Position numbers and translations under genes: made by a program. A stretch of 64,000 bases of DNA from Hyalangium minutum (GTDB taxonomy: Bacteria > Myxococcota > Myxococcia > Myxococcales > Myxococcaceae), in contig NZ_JMCB01000001.1 of the NCBI RefSeq assembly GCF_000737315.1, forward strand, positions 186,001 through 250,000, read 5' to 3'. The notes beneath the pieces were generated by a model, which had not been told where the DNA came from, did no database searches, and was given only the letters and a program-made list of their open reading frames with translations. Shown piece by piece: positions 50,492 through 60,573 of this stretch. Each line of letters opens with the position of its first letter. Positions within the stretch are counted from its first letter, which is position 1.

Positions 50492-51430
50492 TTACTCATT
50501 GGTGCCGCCCTCCAGCCGCTGACGGGCCGCCTCGCGGCGCTTCGCCCGGGCCTTGCCCGCAACTCCAAGCAGGGCCTTGTCCCGCGCCCACCGCTCGCGC
50601 GTGGGTGCGTCCACCTGAGGCCACCACTCCTCCAGTGACTTCACGAGCCGCTGGCACAGGTCCAGCGCTCCCCCCAGCGCCACGTGCACCGCCGGGGACG
50701 AGGGGTCCGCCAGCGCGAGCCCTCGAATCATCACCGCCACCGCGAGCACCTCGTCCTGCACCCGCTCGGGCCAGCCCGAGCGCCGCCCCACCTGCAGCAA
50801 CCAGCCCAGCAGCGCCGCGTGCACGTGGCAGTCCTCCACCGTCCGGAACGGCTTGAGGTACCTCGTATAGCCGTCCCCGGGCAGCACCTCGTCCGGAGAC
50901 ACCTTCACATCGGTCAGCTGCAGCTCCGCGTGGGGAACCTCCGGGACGAATGGCGTCTCGGGGAGCACGTTGAGGTGCACGCCCTCGCGGTGGGCGTCGA
51001 TCATCACCACCCGGAGCCGGTTCCGCCCCTGCTCATCCAGTCCCTCAGTGGCCACGACGAACAGTGTGTCCGCCGCCGTGCCCAACGTAACGAACCCTTT
51101 CGAGCCCGAGAGCCGCAGCGGCCCGCCGCCGTCGCCTCCGATGAGCCGGGTCTGGATGGCACTGGGATGGGCGCTCCCGGCCTCGGTCGCACAGAGCGCG
51201 GCACGGTGGTCCTTGGGCATCCCCGTGAAGAGCGAGCGCAACGCCGCGTGATACCCGGAGGCGAACGCGAACCCCAGCCGGTCCGCCCGGAACCCTCCCG
51301 CCAGCGCGAGGTCCACGGGCGACTGGAACCGGGAGGCCAGCTCAAGGTGCTGCCGCCACCATTCTTCCAGGGAGCCAAGCGTGCCTGGTTGGGGAGGCGT
51401 CGTGAGGAGGAATCGGAGGATTTCGTCCAC
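50492..51430 (-). CDS. Acyl-CoA dehydrogenase family protein
   Basis: ALCATE, LSGSKGFVT, PEVPHAEL, GDGY..YLKPFRTVED. Confidence 0.85.
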   Translation of the reverse strand: MDEILRFLLTTPPQPGTLGSLEEWWRQHLELASRFQSPVDLALAGGFRADRLGFAFASGYHAALRSLFTGMPKDHRAALCATEAGSAHPSAIQTRLIGGDGGGPLRLSGSKGFVTLGTAADTLFVVATEGLDEQGRNRLRVVMIDAHREGVHLNVLPETPFVPEVPHAELQLTDVKVSPDEVLPGDGYTRYLKPFRTVEDCHVHAALLGWLLQVGRRSGWPERVQDEVLAVAVMIRGLALADPSSPAVHVALGGALDLCQRLVKSLEEWWPQVDAPTRERWARDKALLGVAGKARAKRREAARQRLEGGTNE

Positions 51431-51505
51431 CTCCCCACTCTAAGTCATGGGAAATACTTCTTGTCCCCAAACCTCCCCATGGGGACTCTGTTGAGATGTA
51501 CGACG

Positions 51506-51535
51506 GGTTTTAACCATCGACCGGTCCGGGGGTTC
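51506..51535 (+). promoter_or_regulatory. Putative ECF promoter (TTTAACC-N16-GTTC) for the efflux operon
   Basis: Same spacing and boxes as the motif in front of the ECF sigma gene; 31 nt before the TolC ATG. Confidence 0.45.
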
Positions 51536-51566
51536 TCCTTCCAGACCTGCACGCTCGCCCAGCAAG

Positions 51567-52898
51567 ATGCCCACCTCCCCCGGCAAACCTCCTCGCAGCG
51601 CCCCGACCGCTCTGATGGTGGGGCTCCTCGCCCTGACCCTCACCCCGAGTCTCAGTGCCGCCCAGGAGGAGTCGTCGTGGGTGAGCATGACACTCGAAGA
51701 GGCGATGGACCGGGCGCTCAAAGCCAGCCCCCAGATCGTCCAAGCTCAGGGCACCATCCGCAACGCCGCAGCCTCCGAGCGAAGCGCCTTCGGGGCCTAC
51801 CTGCCCAGCCTGTCCGCCAACGCCAGCAGCTCGCTGTCCAGCACCGAGCGCCTCAACCCCACCACGGGCACCCCCGTCACCGGCTCCGCCGATTCCTACA
51901 GTGCGGGCCTCTCGGCCTCGTGGGACGTGTTCACCGGGTTCCGCCGGAAAAATGAGCGCATGCGCGCCCAGGCCGAGTCCCAGTCCGCCGAGGCCCAGCT
52001 CGTGGGCCAGCGCTTCACCGTGGAGCTCTCCGTCGCGCGCTCCTTCTTCGAGGCCCTGCGCGCCGAGGAGCTCATGACCGTGGCCAAGGCCCGCATCGAG
52101 CGCGCTCGCGAGGGCGTCGAGGCCGCCGAGCGCCGCTTGGCCGTGGGCTCGGCCACGCGCTCGGATGTGCTCCGCTCCCAGCTTGAGCTCAACACCGCCC
52201 AGGAGTCCCTGCTCCAGTTGGAGAACCAGCGCCTGACGTCAGGCCTCACCCTGGGGCGGCTCGTCGGCACCGATGGCCCCGTGGACCCGGCTCCCTCCGG
52301 TCCTCTGGAGCCCACGCCGATCCAGTCCTCGCGCGAGGACATCATCTCCAGCCTCGTCGCCCAGGCGCCTTCGGTGAAGTCCGCGGAGGCCGCCGTGCTC
52401 TCGGCCGATGCAGGTATCGGCACGGCGCGCTCGCAGTACTACCCCACCGTCCGCCTCTCCGCCGGCTATGACTGGTTCAACCAGGACTTCGGCTTCGCGG
52501 GAGGCCGGACGAGCTGGTCCGTCCGGCTCGGGGTCTCCTATCCCATCTTCGACGGCTTCCAGCGCGAGGGGGGGATGATCCGCGCGACCACTGCGGCCGA
52601 AGTCAGCCAGGCCCAGCTCCTGGACACCCGCCGCGCCGTCCGCTCCGAGGCCGAGCGGGTGATGAGCCAACTCGCTCTCTCGGAGAAGCGCGTCACCATG
52701 GCCCGGCAGGCCGTGGAGGTCGCCCAGGAGGATCTGCGCGTCCAACAGGAGCGCTATCGCCTGGGTGCCACCACCATCCTCGAGCTGCTCACCTCCCAGG
52801 CCGCCCTCGTCGAGGCCCAGAACAACCTCGTGAGCCTGCGCTTCGACTACCTGCTGTCCCGCTCCGAGCTGGAGTCCGTTCTCGGGAGGAAGCTGTGA
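51567..52898 (+). CDS. TolC family outer membrane efflux protein
   Basis: Signal peptide, [24 protein letters not shown]. Confidence 0.92.
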   Translation: MPTSPGKPPRSAPTALMVGLLALTLTPSLSAAQEESSWVSMTLEEAMDRALKASPQIVQAQGTIRNAAASERSAFGAYLPSLSANASSSLSSTERLNPTTGTPVTGSADSYSAGLSASWDVFTGFRRKNERMRAQAESQSAEAQLVGQRFTVELSVARSFFEALRAEELMTVAKARIERAREGVEAAERRLAVGSATRSDVLRSQLELNTAQESLLQLENQRLTSGLTLGRLVGTDGPVDPAPSGPLEPTPIQSSREDIISSLVAQAPSVKSAEAAVLSADAGIGTARSQYYPTVRLSAGYDWFNQDFGFAGGRTSWSVRLGVSYPIFDGFQREGGMIRATTAAEVSQAQLLDTRRAVRSEAERVMSQLALSEKRVTMARQAVEVAQEDLRVQQERYRLGATTILELLTSQAALVEAQNNLVSLRFDYLLSRSELESVLGRKL

Positions 52899-53608
52899 AC
52901 GCCGGCGAGCGCTCGGTCCTGGACGTGGTCATCCGCGTCGAGAGCCTGACGAAGACGTACAAGATGGGCTCGGAGGAAGTGCACGCCCTGCGCGGAGTCA
53001 ACCTGGAGATCCGCCGCAACGAGTACGTCGCCGTCATGGGCCCCTCCGGCTCCGGCAAGTCCACTTTCATGAACCTCATTGGCTGCCTGGATATCCCGAG
53101 CGGCGGCCAGTACTGGCTCAACGGCCAGCCCGTGGCGGGACTGAGCGAGGAGGCGCTGGCCCGGATACGCAACCGCGAGATCGGCTTCGTCTTCCAGAGC
53201 TTCAACCTGCTGCCCCGCGCCTCCGCGCTGGACAATGTGGCGCTGCCGCTCGTCTACGCGGGCGTGAGGAAGAGCATCCGCCGCGAGCGGGCCGCCGTGC
53301 TGCTCGACAAGGTGGGCCTCGGGGCGCGCAAGGACCACCGCCCCAACGAGATGTCCGGCGGCCAGCGCCAGCGCGTGGCCATTGCCCGGGCCCTCGTCAC
53401 CCAGCCCGCACTGCTGCTGGCGGACGAGCCCACCGGAGCGCTCGACAGCAAGACCGGCGAGGAGATCATGGCGCTCTTCGGTGAACTCCATGCCCAGGGA
53501 CAGACCTTGATGCTCGTTACCCATGAATCCGACATTGCCGAGCACGCCAAGCGCGTCCTCTTTCTCAAGGACGGCGTGATCGAGCGGGATGACCGGAAGA
53601 AAGACTGA
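52895..53608 (+). CDS. ABC transporter ATP-binding protein (MacB/LolD type)
   Basis: [44 protein letters not shown]. Confidence 0.95.
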   Translation: MNAGERSVLDVVIRVESLTKTYKMGSEEVHALRGVNLEIRRNEYVAVMGPSGSGKSTFMNLIGCLDIPSGGQYWLNGQPVAGLSEEALARIRNREIGFVFQSFNLLPRASALDNVALPLVYAGVRKSIRRERAAVLLDKVGLGARKDHRPNEMSGGQRQRVAIARALVTQPALLLADEPTGALDSKTGEEIMALFGELHAQGQTLMLVTHESDIAEHAKRVLFLKDGVIERDDRKKD

Positions 53609-53623
53609 ACGGGAGAGGCGCTC

Positions 53624-55117
53624 GTGAACTGGAAGAAGGTGGTCCTCATCCTCGGAGTGCTGGCCCTCGTGGGAGCGGGCGTGTACTTCGTGCGCGGCCA
53701 GGCCGCGGCGAAGACGCCTCAGCGCGAGCTGCCCACCGCCGAGGCCAAGCGCATGGACATGGAGATCGTCGCCGAGGCCTCCGGCCTGCTGGAGCCCATC
53801 CGCGTCGTGGAGGTGAAGTCGAAGGCCTCCGGTGAGGTGCTCCGCGTGCTCGTCGAGACTGGCAACGCGGTGAAGCAGGGAGACCTGCTGACGGAGATCG
53901 ATCCCCGCGACGTGCAGAACGCGCTCATCCAGGCCGAGGCGGACCTCGAGTCCGCCCAGGTCCGCATGAAGACCGTCGAGGCCCAGCGCCAGCGCATGGA
54001 GGCCCTGCGGGCCACCGGCGTCGTCACGCAGCAGGAGCTGGAGACCGCCGTGGATGCCGCCGCCACGGCCCGCGCCGCCGTCGTCCGCGCCGATACGAAC
54101 CTGCAGCTGGCCCGAGAGCGGCGCAAGGACGTGACGATCCGTGCGCCGATCGACGGCACCATCCTGGAGCGCACCATCGAGCCTGGGCAGATCATCGCCT
54201 CGGCCACCACCAACGTGTCCGGCGGCACCACGCTGTTCAAGATGGCCGACATGTCCGAGATGCAGGTCCGCACGAAGGTGGACGAGACCGACATCGGGAA
54301 GATCCGCCCCGGCCTGGAGGCGCGCGTCTCGCTGGAGGCCTACCCCAGCCGCACCTTCACCGGCGAGGTCGTCAAGATCGAGCCTCAGGCCGTGGTCGAG
54401 CAGAACGTGACGCTCTTCCCCGTGCTCATCCGCCTGAAGAACCCGGAGGGGTTGCTCAAGCCCGGGATGAACGCGGAGGTGGGTGTCCAGATCGCCAGCC
54501 GCCAGGACGTCGTCACGGTCCCCAACACGGCGGTGGTGAGCCCTCGCGAGGCAGCCACCGCGGCGTCGGCGCTCGGCCTGGACGAGGCCACGGTGCGCGC
54601 GACGCTGCGCCCATCGGGAGCTGCTCCCTCGACGGGTCCAGCCCCTGAGACGCCCGCGGCCCCGTCTCCGGAGTGCGCGGAGCTGTTCGAGCGCCTCAAG
54701 ACGGATGCGGGCCCCCCCAGCCTGTCCGACGCGGATCGCGAGAAGCTCCAGGCGTGCAGGCCCGAGGGCATGGCCGAGGGCGGTGGCCGGGGCGGACGGT
54801 TCCGCGGCGGCCAGGGCCAGCAGCGCGGAAACAACGCGGACCGGCGTCCCGGGGTGGTCTTCGTTCAGCAGCAGGACGGCAGCCCCCAGCCCCGGCGCGT
54901 CATGCTGGGCCTGAGCGACTGGGAAAACACGGAGGTCCTCAACGGCCTGGAGGCGGGCGAGAAGGTGCTCCTGGTCGCCGTGGCCCAGCTCCAGCAACAG
55001 CAGCAGCAGAGCATGGATCGGATGCGGCAGCGGGCCGGCGGCGTCATCCCCGGCGCGGGCGGCGGAGCTCGTGGCGGTGGTGGCGGTGGTGGCGGCGGTG
55101 GCGGCACCCGGAGGTAA
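53624..55117 (+). CDS. Periplasmic adaptor (MacA/HlyD type) with Gly-rich tail
   Basis: N-terminal TM, VKSKASG, IRAPIDG, VDETDIG, LKPGMNA. Confidence 0.92.
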   Translation: MNWKKVVLILGVLALVGAGVYFVRGQAAAKTPQRELPTAEAKRMDMEIVAEASGLLEPIRVVEVKSKASGEVLRVLVETGNAVKQGDLLTEIDPRDVQNALIQAEADLESAQVRMKTVEAQRQRMEALRATGVVTQQELETAVDAAATARAAVVRADTNLQLARERRKDVTIRAPIDGTILERTIEPGQIIASATTNVSGGTTLFKMADMSEMQVRTKVDETDIGKIRPGLEARVSLEAYPSRTFTGEVVKIEPQAVVEQNVTLFPVLIRLKNPEGLLKPGMNAEVGVQIASRQDVVTVPNTAVVSPREAATAASALGLDEATVRATLRPSGAAPSTGPAPETPAAPSPECAELFERLKTDAGPPSLSDADREKLQACRPEGMAEGGGRGGRFRGGQGQQRGNNADRRPGVVFVQQQDGSPQPRRVMLGLSDWENTEVLNGLEAGEKVLLVAVAQLQQQQQQSMDRMRQRAGGVIPGAGGGARGGGGGGGGGGGTRR

Positions 55118-55124
55118 CGCGGCC

Positions 55125-56336
55125 ATGATCATCTTCGAGATCCTCTGGGTGGCGCTGGACGCGATCGTCGCCAACAAGCTGCGCTCGCTGCTCACCATGC
55201 TGGGCGTCGTCATCGGCATCGCGGCGGTCATCACCATGGTGGCCCTGGGCGAGGGAGCCCAGCGCTCGGTGGAGGCCCGGCTGAAGACGCTGGGCGCCAA
55301 CGTGCTCACCGTCCGCCCCGGGCAAAGCTTCGCGGGTGGACTGGGCCGAGGCCAGGCCGCGCTCACCGCCGAGGATGCGGAGGCGCTCCGCGAGGCGCCT
55401 CAGTACATCCAGGCCGTCTCGCCCGAACTGGAGGGCCGGGTGCAGATCGAGAACGGCGCGAGCAACGCCAACATGTCCATCGTGGGCGTGTGGCCCACCT
55501 ACTTCAGCGTCAACAACTATCAGCTGTCAGACGGGCGCCTCTTCACCGAGGCGGAAGAGCGAGGCCGCCGCCGCATCGCCGTCCTGGGTGCCCTGGTGGG
55601 CTCGCAGCTCGGCGGCGTCTCGAGCGAGTCACTGGTGGGGAAGACGATCCGGATCGGCGGCGTGCCCTTCGAGGTCATCGGGGTGCTCACGGAGAAGGGC
55701 TCCCAGGGATTCTCCAATCCGGACGAGAGCCTCTACATCCCCCTGGCGACCGCGCAGTTCCGCGTCATGGGCAGTGACCGCGTGCGCTCCATCGCCGTGC
55801 AGGCCACGAGCGAGGACACCATGGATGACGCCATGGTGGAGATCGATCAGGTCCTCCGGCGCCAGCACCGGCTGCGGCCTGGGCAAGATGCGGACTTCAA
55901 CATCCGCGATCAGGCCTCGCTGCTCAGCACCGTGCAGGAGACCACGCAGACGTTCACCTTGCTGCTGGCGGGCATCGCGGCGATCTCCCTGCTGGTGGGA
56001 GGCATCGGCATCATGAACATCATGCTGGTGTCGGTGACGGAGCGCACCCGGGAGATCGGCCTGCGCAAGGCGCTGGGCGCGCGGCCCAACGACATCATGC
56101 TGCAGTTCCTCATCGAGTCGCTCGTGCTGTGCCTCGTCGGCGGCGGCCTGGGGCTGCTGCTGGGTCTGGGCGGCTCGTATGCGCTTCAGCAGCTCGCGGG
56201 GTGGCAGACGGCCGTGGCGCCCGAGTCGGTGGTGCTGGCCTTCGTGTTCTCGGGCGGCGTGGGCGTGTTCTTCGGCATCTGGCCTGCCCGGCGTGCGGCG
56301 AGCCTCACGCCGATCGAGTCTCTCCGGTACGAGTAG
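55125..56336 (+). CDS. MacB-type ABC permease
   Basis: RSLLTMLGVVIG, GGIGIMNIML, ERTREIG, ALGA, PIESLRYE. Confidence 0.95.
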   Translation: MIIFEILWVALDAIVANKLRSLLTMLGVVIGIAAVITMVALGEGAQRSVEARLKTLGANVLTVRPGQSFAGGLGRGQAALTAEDAEALREAPQYIQAVSPELEGRVQIENGASNANMSIVGVWPTYFSVNNYQLSDGRLFTEAEERGRRRIAVLGALVGSQLGGVSSESLVGKTIRIGGVPFEVIGVLTEKGSQGFSNPDESLYIPLATAQFRVMGSDRVRSIAVQATSEDTMDDAMVEIDQVLRRQHRLRPGQDADFNIRDQASLLSTVQETTQTFTLLLAGIAAISLLVGGIGIMNIMLVSVTERTREIGLRKALGARPNDIMLQFLIESLVLCLVGGGLGLLLGLGGSYALQQLAGWQTAVAPESVVLAFVFSGGVGVFFGIWPARRAASLTPIESLRYE

Positions 56337-56351
56337 CCCGCGGCCCCGCGC

Positions 56352-56990
56352 CTACGCCTGCTTGCGCGTCTTCGAGCGGGCGCCGCCCCGCGCCGTCTGC
56401 TTGCGCTGGGAGCCCTTGGCGCGGGTCTTCTTCTGCGTGCTCGCGCCCTTCTTGGCGGCCTTCTTCGCTGCCTTCCGGGCCCGCTGGGGCGGCTTGGGGG
56501 GCGCCAGGATGGTGCCCCGGCAGTCCTTCGCGCCACAGCGGCACACGTAGAGCGCCTCGGATTCCTCGTCCATGCCCTCGGCCCGCTCGTAGGCGTAGTC
56601 GTAGACGAGCTCCGTACCGGGCGAGATGTCCTTCAGGGCGTAGATGAAGATCTTGTCGCCCTCGATGAGCGCCTGGCAGTTGGGATCGCAACTGTGGTTG
56701 ATGAAGCGCGCCTCGTTGCCGTCCACCGCGGCGTCGATCACCGTGTCGTCGTCCAGGGTGAACAGGAAGGTGTGGTGGCGGCCCATGGCCTCGTCGTCGT
56801 AGCGCTTGTCCGCCTCGTCCTGAGTGATGCGCTCACCGGTGTACTCGATGATGCGCGCGCCCTTGCGGATGCGGCGCGTGGCGAAGGCGCCCCGCCCTTG
56901 GATGGGGGACTCGCGCAGCTCGAACGACAGCGGGCGACCGGTACTGGAGGGCGGGGAGGCAGAGGACTTCTTCGAGGTGGAGTCTGTCAT
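56352..56990 (-). CDS. SET-domain protein-lysine methyltransferase with post-SET Cys motif and basic tail
   Basis: SPIQGRGAFA, RFINHSCDPN, ELVYDY, CRCGAKDCRG. Confidence 0.92.
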   Translation of the reverse strand: MTDSTSKKSSASPPSSTGRPLSFELRESPIQGRGAFATRRIRKGARIIEYTGERITQDEADKRYDDEAMGRHHTFLFTLDDDTVIDAAVDGNEARFINHSCDPNCQALIEGDKIFIYALKDISPGTELVYDYAYERAEGMDEESEALYVCRCGAKDCRGTILAPPKPPQRARKAAKKAAKKGASTQKKTRAKGSQRKQTARGGARSKTRKQA

Positions 56991-57040
56991 CGATTGGTAT
57001 ACCTTGCCGCACTCGGACCTTCGATGAAAGGCGCTCGACG

Positions 57041-57412
57041 ATGCGGCTGTGGATTGTCCTGGGCGCGGTGAACGCGTTCCTCTCGGTGGCGGCAGGGGCT
57101 TTCGGCGCGCACGGGCTGAAGGCACGGCTCTCCGCGGATCTCCTCGCCATCTTCGAGACCGGGGCCCGCTACCACATGTACCACGCGCTGGGGCTCATCG
57201 CGGTGGGGCTCGTGGCGCAGGCGCGGCCTGTAGGGCTGCTCACCGGTGCGGGTGTGGCCATGTTGGCGGGGATCGTCCTCTTCTCCGGCAGCCTGTACGC
57301 ACTGGCGCTCACGGGCGTTCGCGCCCTGGGAGCCATTACTCCCCTGGGAGGCCTGGGCTTCCTGGCCGGCTGGGCCCTGCTGGCGCTGGCTGTCTGGCGC
57401 GCCGGGCCCTGA
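57041..57412 (+). CDS. DUF423 (YgdD/TMEM256) membrane protein
   Basis: GAFGAHGL, YHMYHALG, LFSGSLY, GAITPLGG. Confidence 0.92.
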   Translation: MRLWIVLGAVNAFLSVAAGAFGAHGLKARLSADLLAIFETGARYHMYHALGLIAVGLVAQARPVGLLTGAGVAMLAGIVLFSGSLYALALTGVRALGAITPLGGLGFLAGWALLALAVWRAGP

Positions 57413-57415
57413 GCC

Positions 57416-57724
57416 TCACTTCACCTTCGGAGGCATGGGGTACATCAGATCGACCTCGGCGTGGTCGAACAGGCCTATCGCCTCGCGCTGGATGATGAGG
57501 TACCAGCGCTGGTGGTCTGCCTCCGCCCAGAGCTTCTGGTACTCCTCGACCTTCTTGGCGCGCGGGGGCCCGGCGAGCGTTCGCAGCTCGGGTTCGAGCT
57601 TCACCATCTGGCCAATCAGGATCTCCAGCTTGTCCCCGACGCGCCGGAGCGCGGAAGCCTTCTCCTGGCGAATCTGGACTTCAATCGCGAGCGGTGTGCC
57701 GATCGATGAGGATGACGAGGGCAT
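57416..57724 (-). CDS. Hypothetical coiled-coil protein
   Basis: WYLIIQREAIG motif; GC3-rich ORF. Confidence 0.65.
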   Translation of the reverse strand: MPSSSSSIGTPLAIEVQIRQEKASALRRVGDKLEILIGQMVKLEPELRTLAGPPRAKKVEEYQKLWAEADHQRWYLIIQREAIGLFDHAEVDLMYPMPPKVK

Positions 57725-57733
57725 GGCGGAAAG

Positions 57734-59092
57734 CTAACGGCCCCCCGTGGGGCTGTCACCAGAGGGGGCCTCCGGAGCGGGGGCTGCCTCCTGAATTCCA
57801 TCGGTTGCGCTTATTGGCTGGGCCAGCCGAGGGAGCGAGGGCGAGGCGGGCCCGCCCGGCAGGAACGAGGCCACGGTGACGTCCTTCTGCCGCTTGCGGA
57901 GCTCCTTGTAATCCTCGATGGCCCGCTCCAGGCCCACATCCTTCTTCTCCCGCTCGGAGAGGAACCACTTGTGCTCCAGCACCTGGCAGTAGAGCTCGGA
58001 CAGCTCGGTCGCTCCTCGGACAGGCATGAGCTTCTGAACGGTCGGGTTGAAGCGCTCCTCCAACCAACGGAAGGCTGCGGTGCTCAGCGGGGTGCTGCGG
58101 TTGAGCTCGCGCGCCAGCGTGGCCTTGAGCTCCTGGATCTCGTTGAGCAGCAGCGTGGCCTGCTTCTCCTCGGCGACGATGCCCAGCAGGTTGTGGAGCT
58201 GGTGCCGGTGGTAGCTGCGGTCCGTGACGATGGTCCGCATGCGCAGGTGATCGCTCTCGCCGCTGGCCACCAGATCCACCTCCCCCACCGAGAACCCCAG
58301 GTCGTTCAGCGCGCGGATCCGCTCGTGGATGCGGTAGCTCTCGTTCGGCGCAATGGGGATCTCCTTGTTGATCTCCTCCCAGAGCCGCTCGTAGCGCTTG
58401 CGGATGGTGGGGCCGGTCTCGAAAACCTCCAGCGACGGGGGCAGCTCCACCACCGCCGCCAGATCCGCCAAACCGCCGGCGACGTTCTCCTCCATGATGT
58501 CCAGGTCGTGCAGGCGCTTGCCGTCCGACAGGTGCTCGTGCAGCTCGGAGGTCTCCGCGTCCACCGCGTAGGCCTGCAGCTCGCCCGCGTCCCGGCGGAA
58601 CAGCGTGTTGGAGAGGGAGCAGTCGCCCCAGTAGAAGCCGCCCAGGTGCAGGCGCACGAGCAGGCTGGCCATGGCGTCCAGCAGCCGCTCCCGGTAACGC
58701 TCCAAGCCCTGGTTCATGAAGAGCGTGCGGTACGGGAGCGAGCCCTCCAGGAAGCGGGTGATGAGCACGCTGCTCTCCTCCCCCTCTGAGAGCGTGGCGC
58801 TCGTGCGCGCCTTCACCAGTCCGACGGCCTCCACCGCCGGCAGCTCCCGCTCCTCGAGGCCTCGCAGCACCTCGTACTCGCGCTGGCCCACGCGCGGCGG
58901 CAGCTCCTTGAGGGCGTAGATGACCTTGCCGTAGCTGACGAAGAGCACCTCGTGGCGGGACAGACCACGCGGCACCTGGACCAGCCGGTTGCACTTCCCC
59001 TCCCACTCCGCGAGCGACAGGCTCCAGGGCAGGTCGAGGAAGTCCGGGTGCCCCTGGCGAATCTGGATGGCGGTGAGGCCGATGGGTGGCAT
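57734..59092 (-). CDS. DUF4032-containing LPS-kinase-like protein
   Basis: [43 protein letters not shown]. Confidence 0.8.
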   Translation of the reverse strand: MPPIGLTAIQIRQGHPDFLDLPWSLSLAEWEGKCNRLVQVPRGLSRHEVLFVSYGKVIYALKELPPRVGQREYEVLRGLEERELPAVEAVGLVKARTSATLSEGEESSVLITRFLEGSLPYRTLFMNQGLERYRERLLDAMASLLVRLHLGGFYWGDCSLSNTLFRRDAGELQAYAVDAETSELHEHLSDGKRLHDLDIMEENVAGGLADLAAVVELPPSLEVFETGPTIRKRYERLWEEINKEIPIAPNESYRIHERIRALNDLGFSVGEVDLVASGESDHLRMRTIVTDRSYHRHQLHNLLGIVAEEKQATLLLNEIQELKATLARELNRSTPLSTAAFRWLEERFNPTVQKLMPVRGATELSELYCQVLEHKWFLSEREKKDVGLERAIEDYKELRKRQKDVTVASFLPGGPASPSLPRLAQPISATDGIQEAAPAPEAPSGDSPTGGR

Positions 59093-59153
59093 GGCGTCGC
59101 TTCCCGAGAACAGTGCGTGGCGCTGCACCCCAAGCATATTCTGCCCCGCGACC

Positions 59154-60470
59154 ATGCACGCCCTCCTCCCGCTGCTTGCCCTGGCGCTCTGTCTCGCGCC
59201 CGTCACCACGCCCGCTCAGCCCTCCTCCCCTGCTGCTCCGGCTCCCGCGCCTGCCCAGCCCGCCACCCTGCTGCGCCCGGCCCGCGTCTTCGACGGGGTC
59301 TCGGCCCAGCCGCGTGAGGGTTGGGTGGTGCTCGTCAGGGGAGATCGGATCGCCGCGGTAGCGCCCGCTGCCCAGGTGAGGCCCCCCGAGGGCGCCGAGG
59401 TCATCGATCTGCCCGACACCACGCTCCTGCCCGGTCTCATCGAGGGCCACTCGCACCTGCTGCTCCACCCGTACAACGAAGCGCCCTGGAACGATCAGGT
59501 GCTCAAGGAGTCACTCGCGCTGCGCGTCGCGCGGGCCACCCAGCATGCCCGCGCTACCCTCATGGCGGGCTTCACCACGATTCGGGACCTGGGCACCGAG
59601 GGCGCTGGGGACGCGGACGTGGGACTCAAGCAGGCCATCCATCAGGGCATCATCCCCGGCCCCCGGATGAAGGTCACCACGCGGGCCCTCGTGGCCACCG
59701 GCAGCTATGGGCCCAAGGGACTCGCCGTGGAGTGGGAGGTGCCACAAGGCGCCGAGGAGGCGGATGGCGTGGACGCGCTCATCCGCGCTGTGCGGGGGCA
59801 GATCGGCCGCGGGGCGGACTGGATCAAGGTTTACGGGGACTACCGCTGGGGCCCCAAGGGTGAGGCGCGGCCCACGTACTCGGAGGCGGAGCTGCGGCTC
59901 ATCGTCGAGACGGCGCGCGACAGCGGCCGCCCGGTGGTGGTGCATGCATCCACGGCCGAGGGCATCCGCCGCGCGGTGATGGCGGGGGTGGAGACCATCG
60001 AGCACGGCGACGAGGCGACGCCCGAGGTGCTCAAGCTCATGGCCCAGCGAGGGGTAATGCTTTGCCCCACCCTCTCCGCCCAGGAGGCGAACCTGGGGTA
60101 CGGCGGGTGGAAGAAGGGCGTCAGCCCGGAGCCGGAGTCCGTGCGCAAGAAGCGCGAGGCCTTTCGCGCCGCGCTGGCCTCGGGCGTGACGATCTGCAAC
60201 GGCAGTGACTCGGGCGTCTTCGCGCACGGCGACAACGCGCGAGAGCTGGAGCTGATGGTGGAGTACGGCATGGCTCCCACGCAGGCGCTCCGGGCGGCCA
60301 CCTCCGTCAACGCGCGCATGTTGCACATGGAAGACCAGCTCGGGCAGGTAAAGGAGGGGCTGCTGGCGGACCTCGTCGCGGTGCGAGGCGATCCCACGCG
60401 CGACATTTCTACCCTGCGCCAGGTGCGGCTCGTGATGAAGGGCGGGAAGGTGTACCGCCGCGAGCCCTGA
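59154..60470 (+). CDS. Secreted metal-dependent amidohydrolase (Xaa-Pro dipeptidase-like)
   Basis: [41 protein letters not shown]. Confidence 0.9.
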   Translation: MHALLPLLALALCLAPVTTPAQPSSPAAPAPAPAQPATLLRPARVFDGVSAQPREGWVVLVRGDRIAAVAPAAQVRPPEGAEVIDLPDTTLLPGLIEGHSHLLLHPYNEAPWNDQVLKESLALRVARATQHARATLMAGFTTIRDLGTEGAGDADVGLKQAIHQGIIPGPRMKVTTRALVATGSYGPKGLAVEWEVPQGAEEADGVDALIRAVRGQIGRGADWIKVYGDYRWGPKGEARPTYSEAELRLIVETARDSGRPVVVHASTAEGIRRAVMAGVETIEHGDEATPEVLKLMAQRGVMLCPTLSAQEANLGYGGWKKGVSPEPESVRKKREAFRAALASGVTICNGSDSGVFAHGDNARELELMVEYGMAPTQALRAATSVNARMLHMEDQLGQVKEGLLADLVAVRGDPTRDISTLRQVRLVMKGGKVYRREP

Positions 60471-60498
60471 GCTTTAACATTGATGGGATTCTCGGGAG

Positions 60499-60530
60499 GG
60501 AGGCGGCGGGAATCGAACCCGCCGCTTGGA
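60499..60530 (-). repeat. tmRNA/tRNA 3'-end-like repeat, copy 2
   Basis: Minus strand TCCAAGCGGCGGGTTCGATTCCCGCCGCCTCC. Confidence 0.8.
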
Positions 60531-60573
60531 GCTTCTGGCGAGCGCGCCTCAACTCGGTCAAGCGCGGGCCCCT

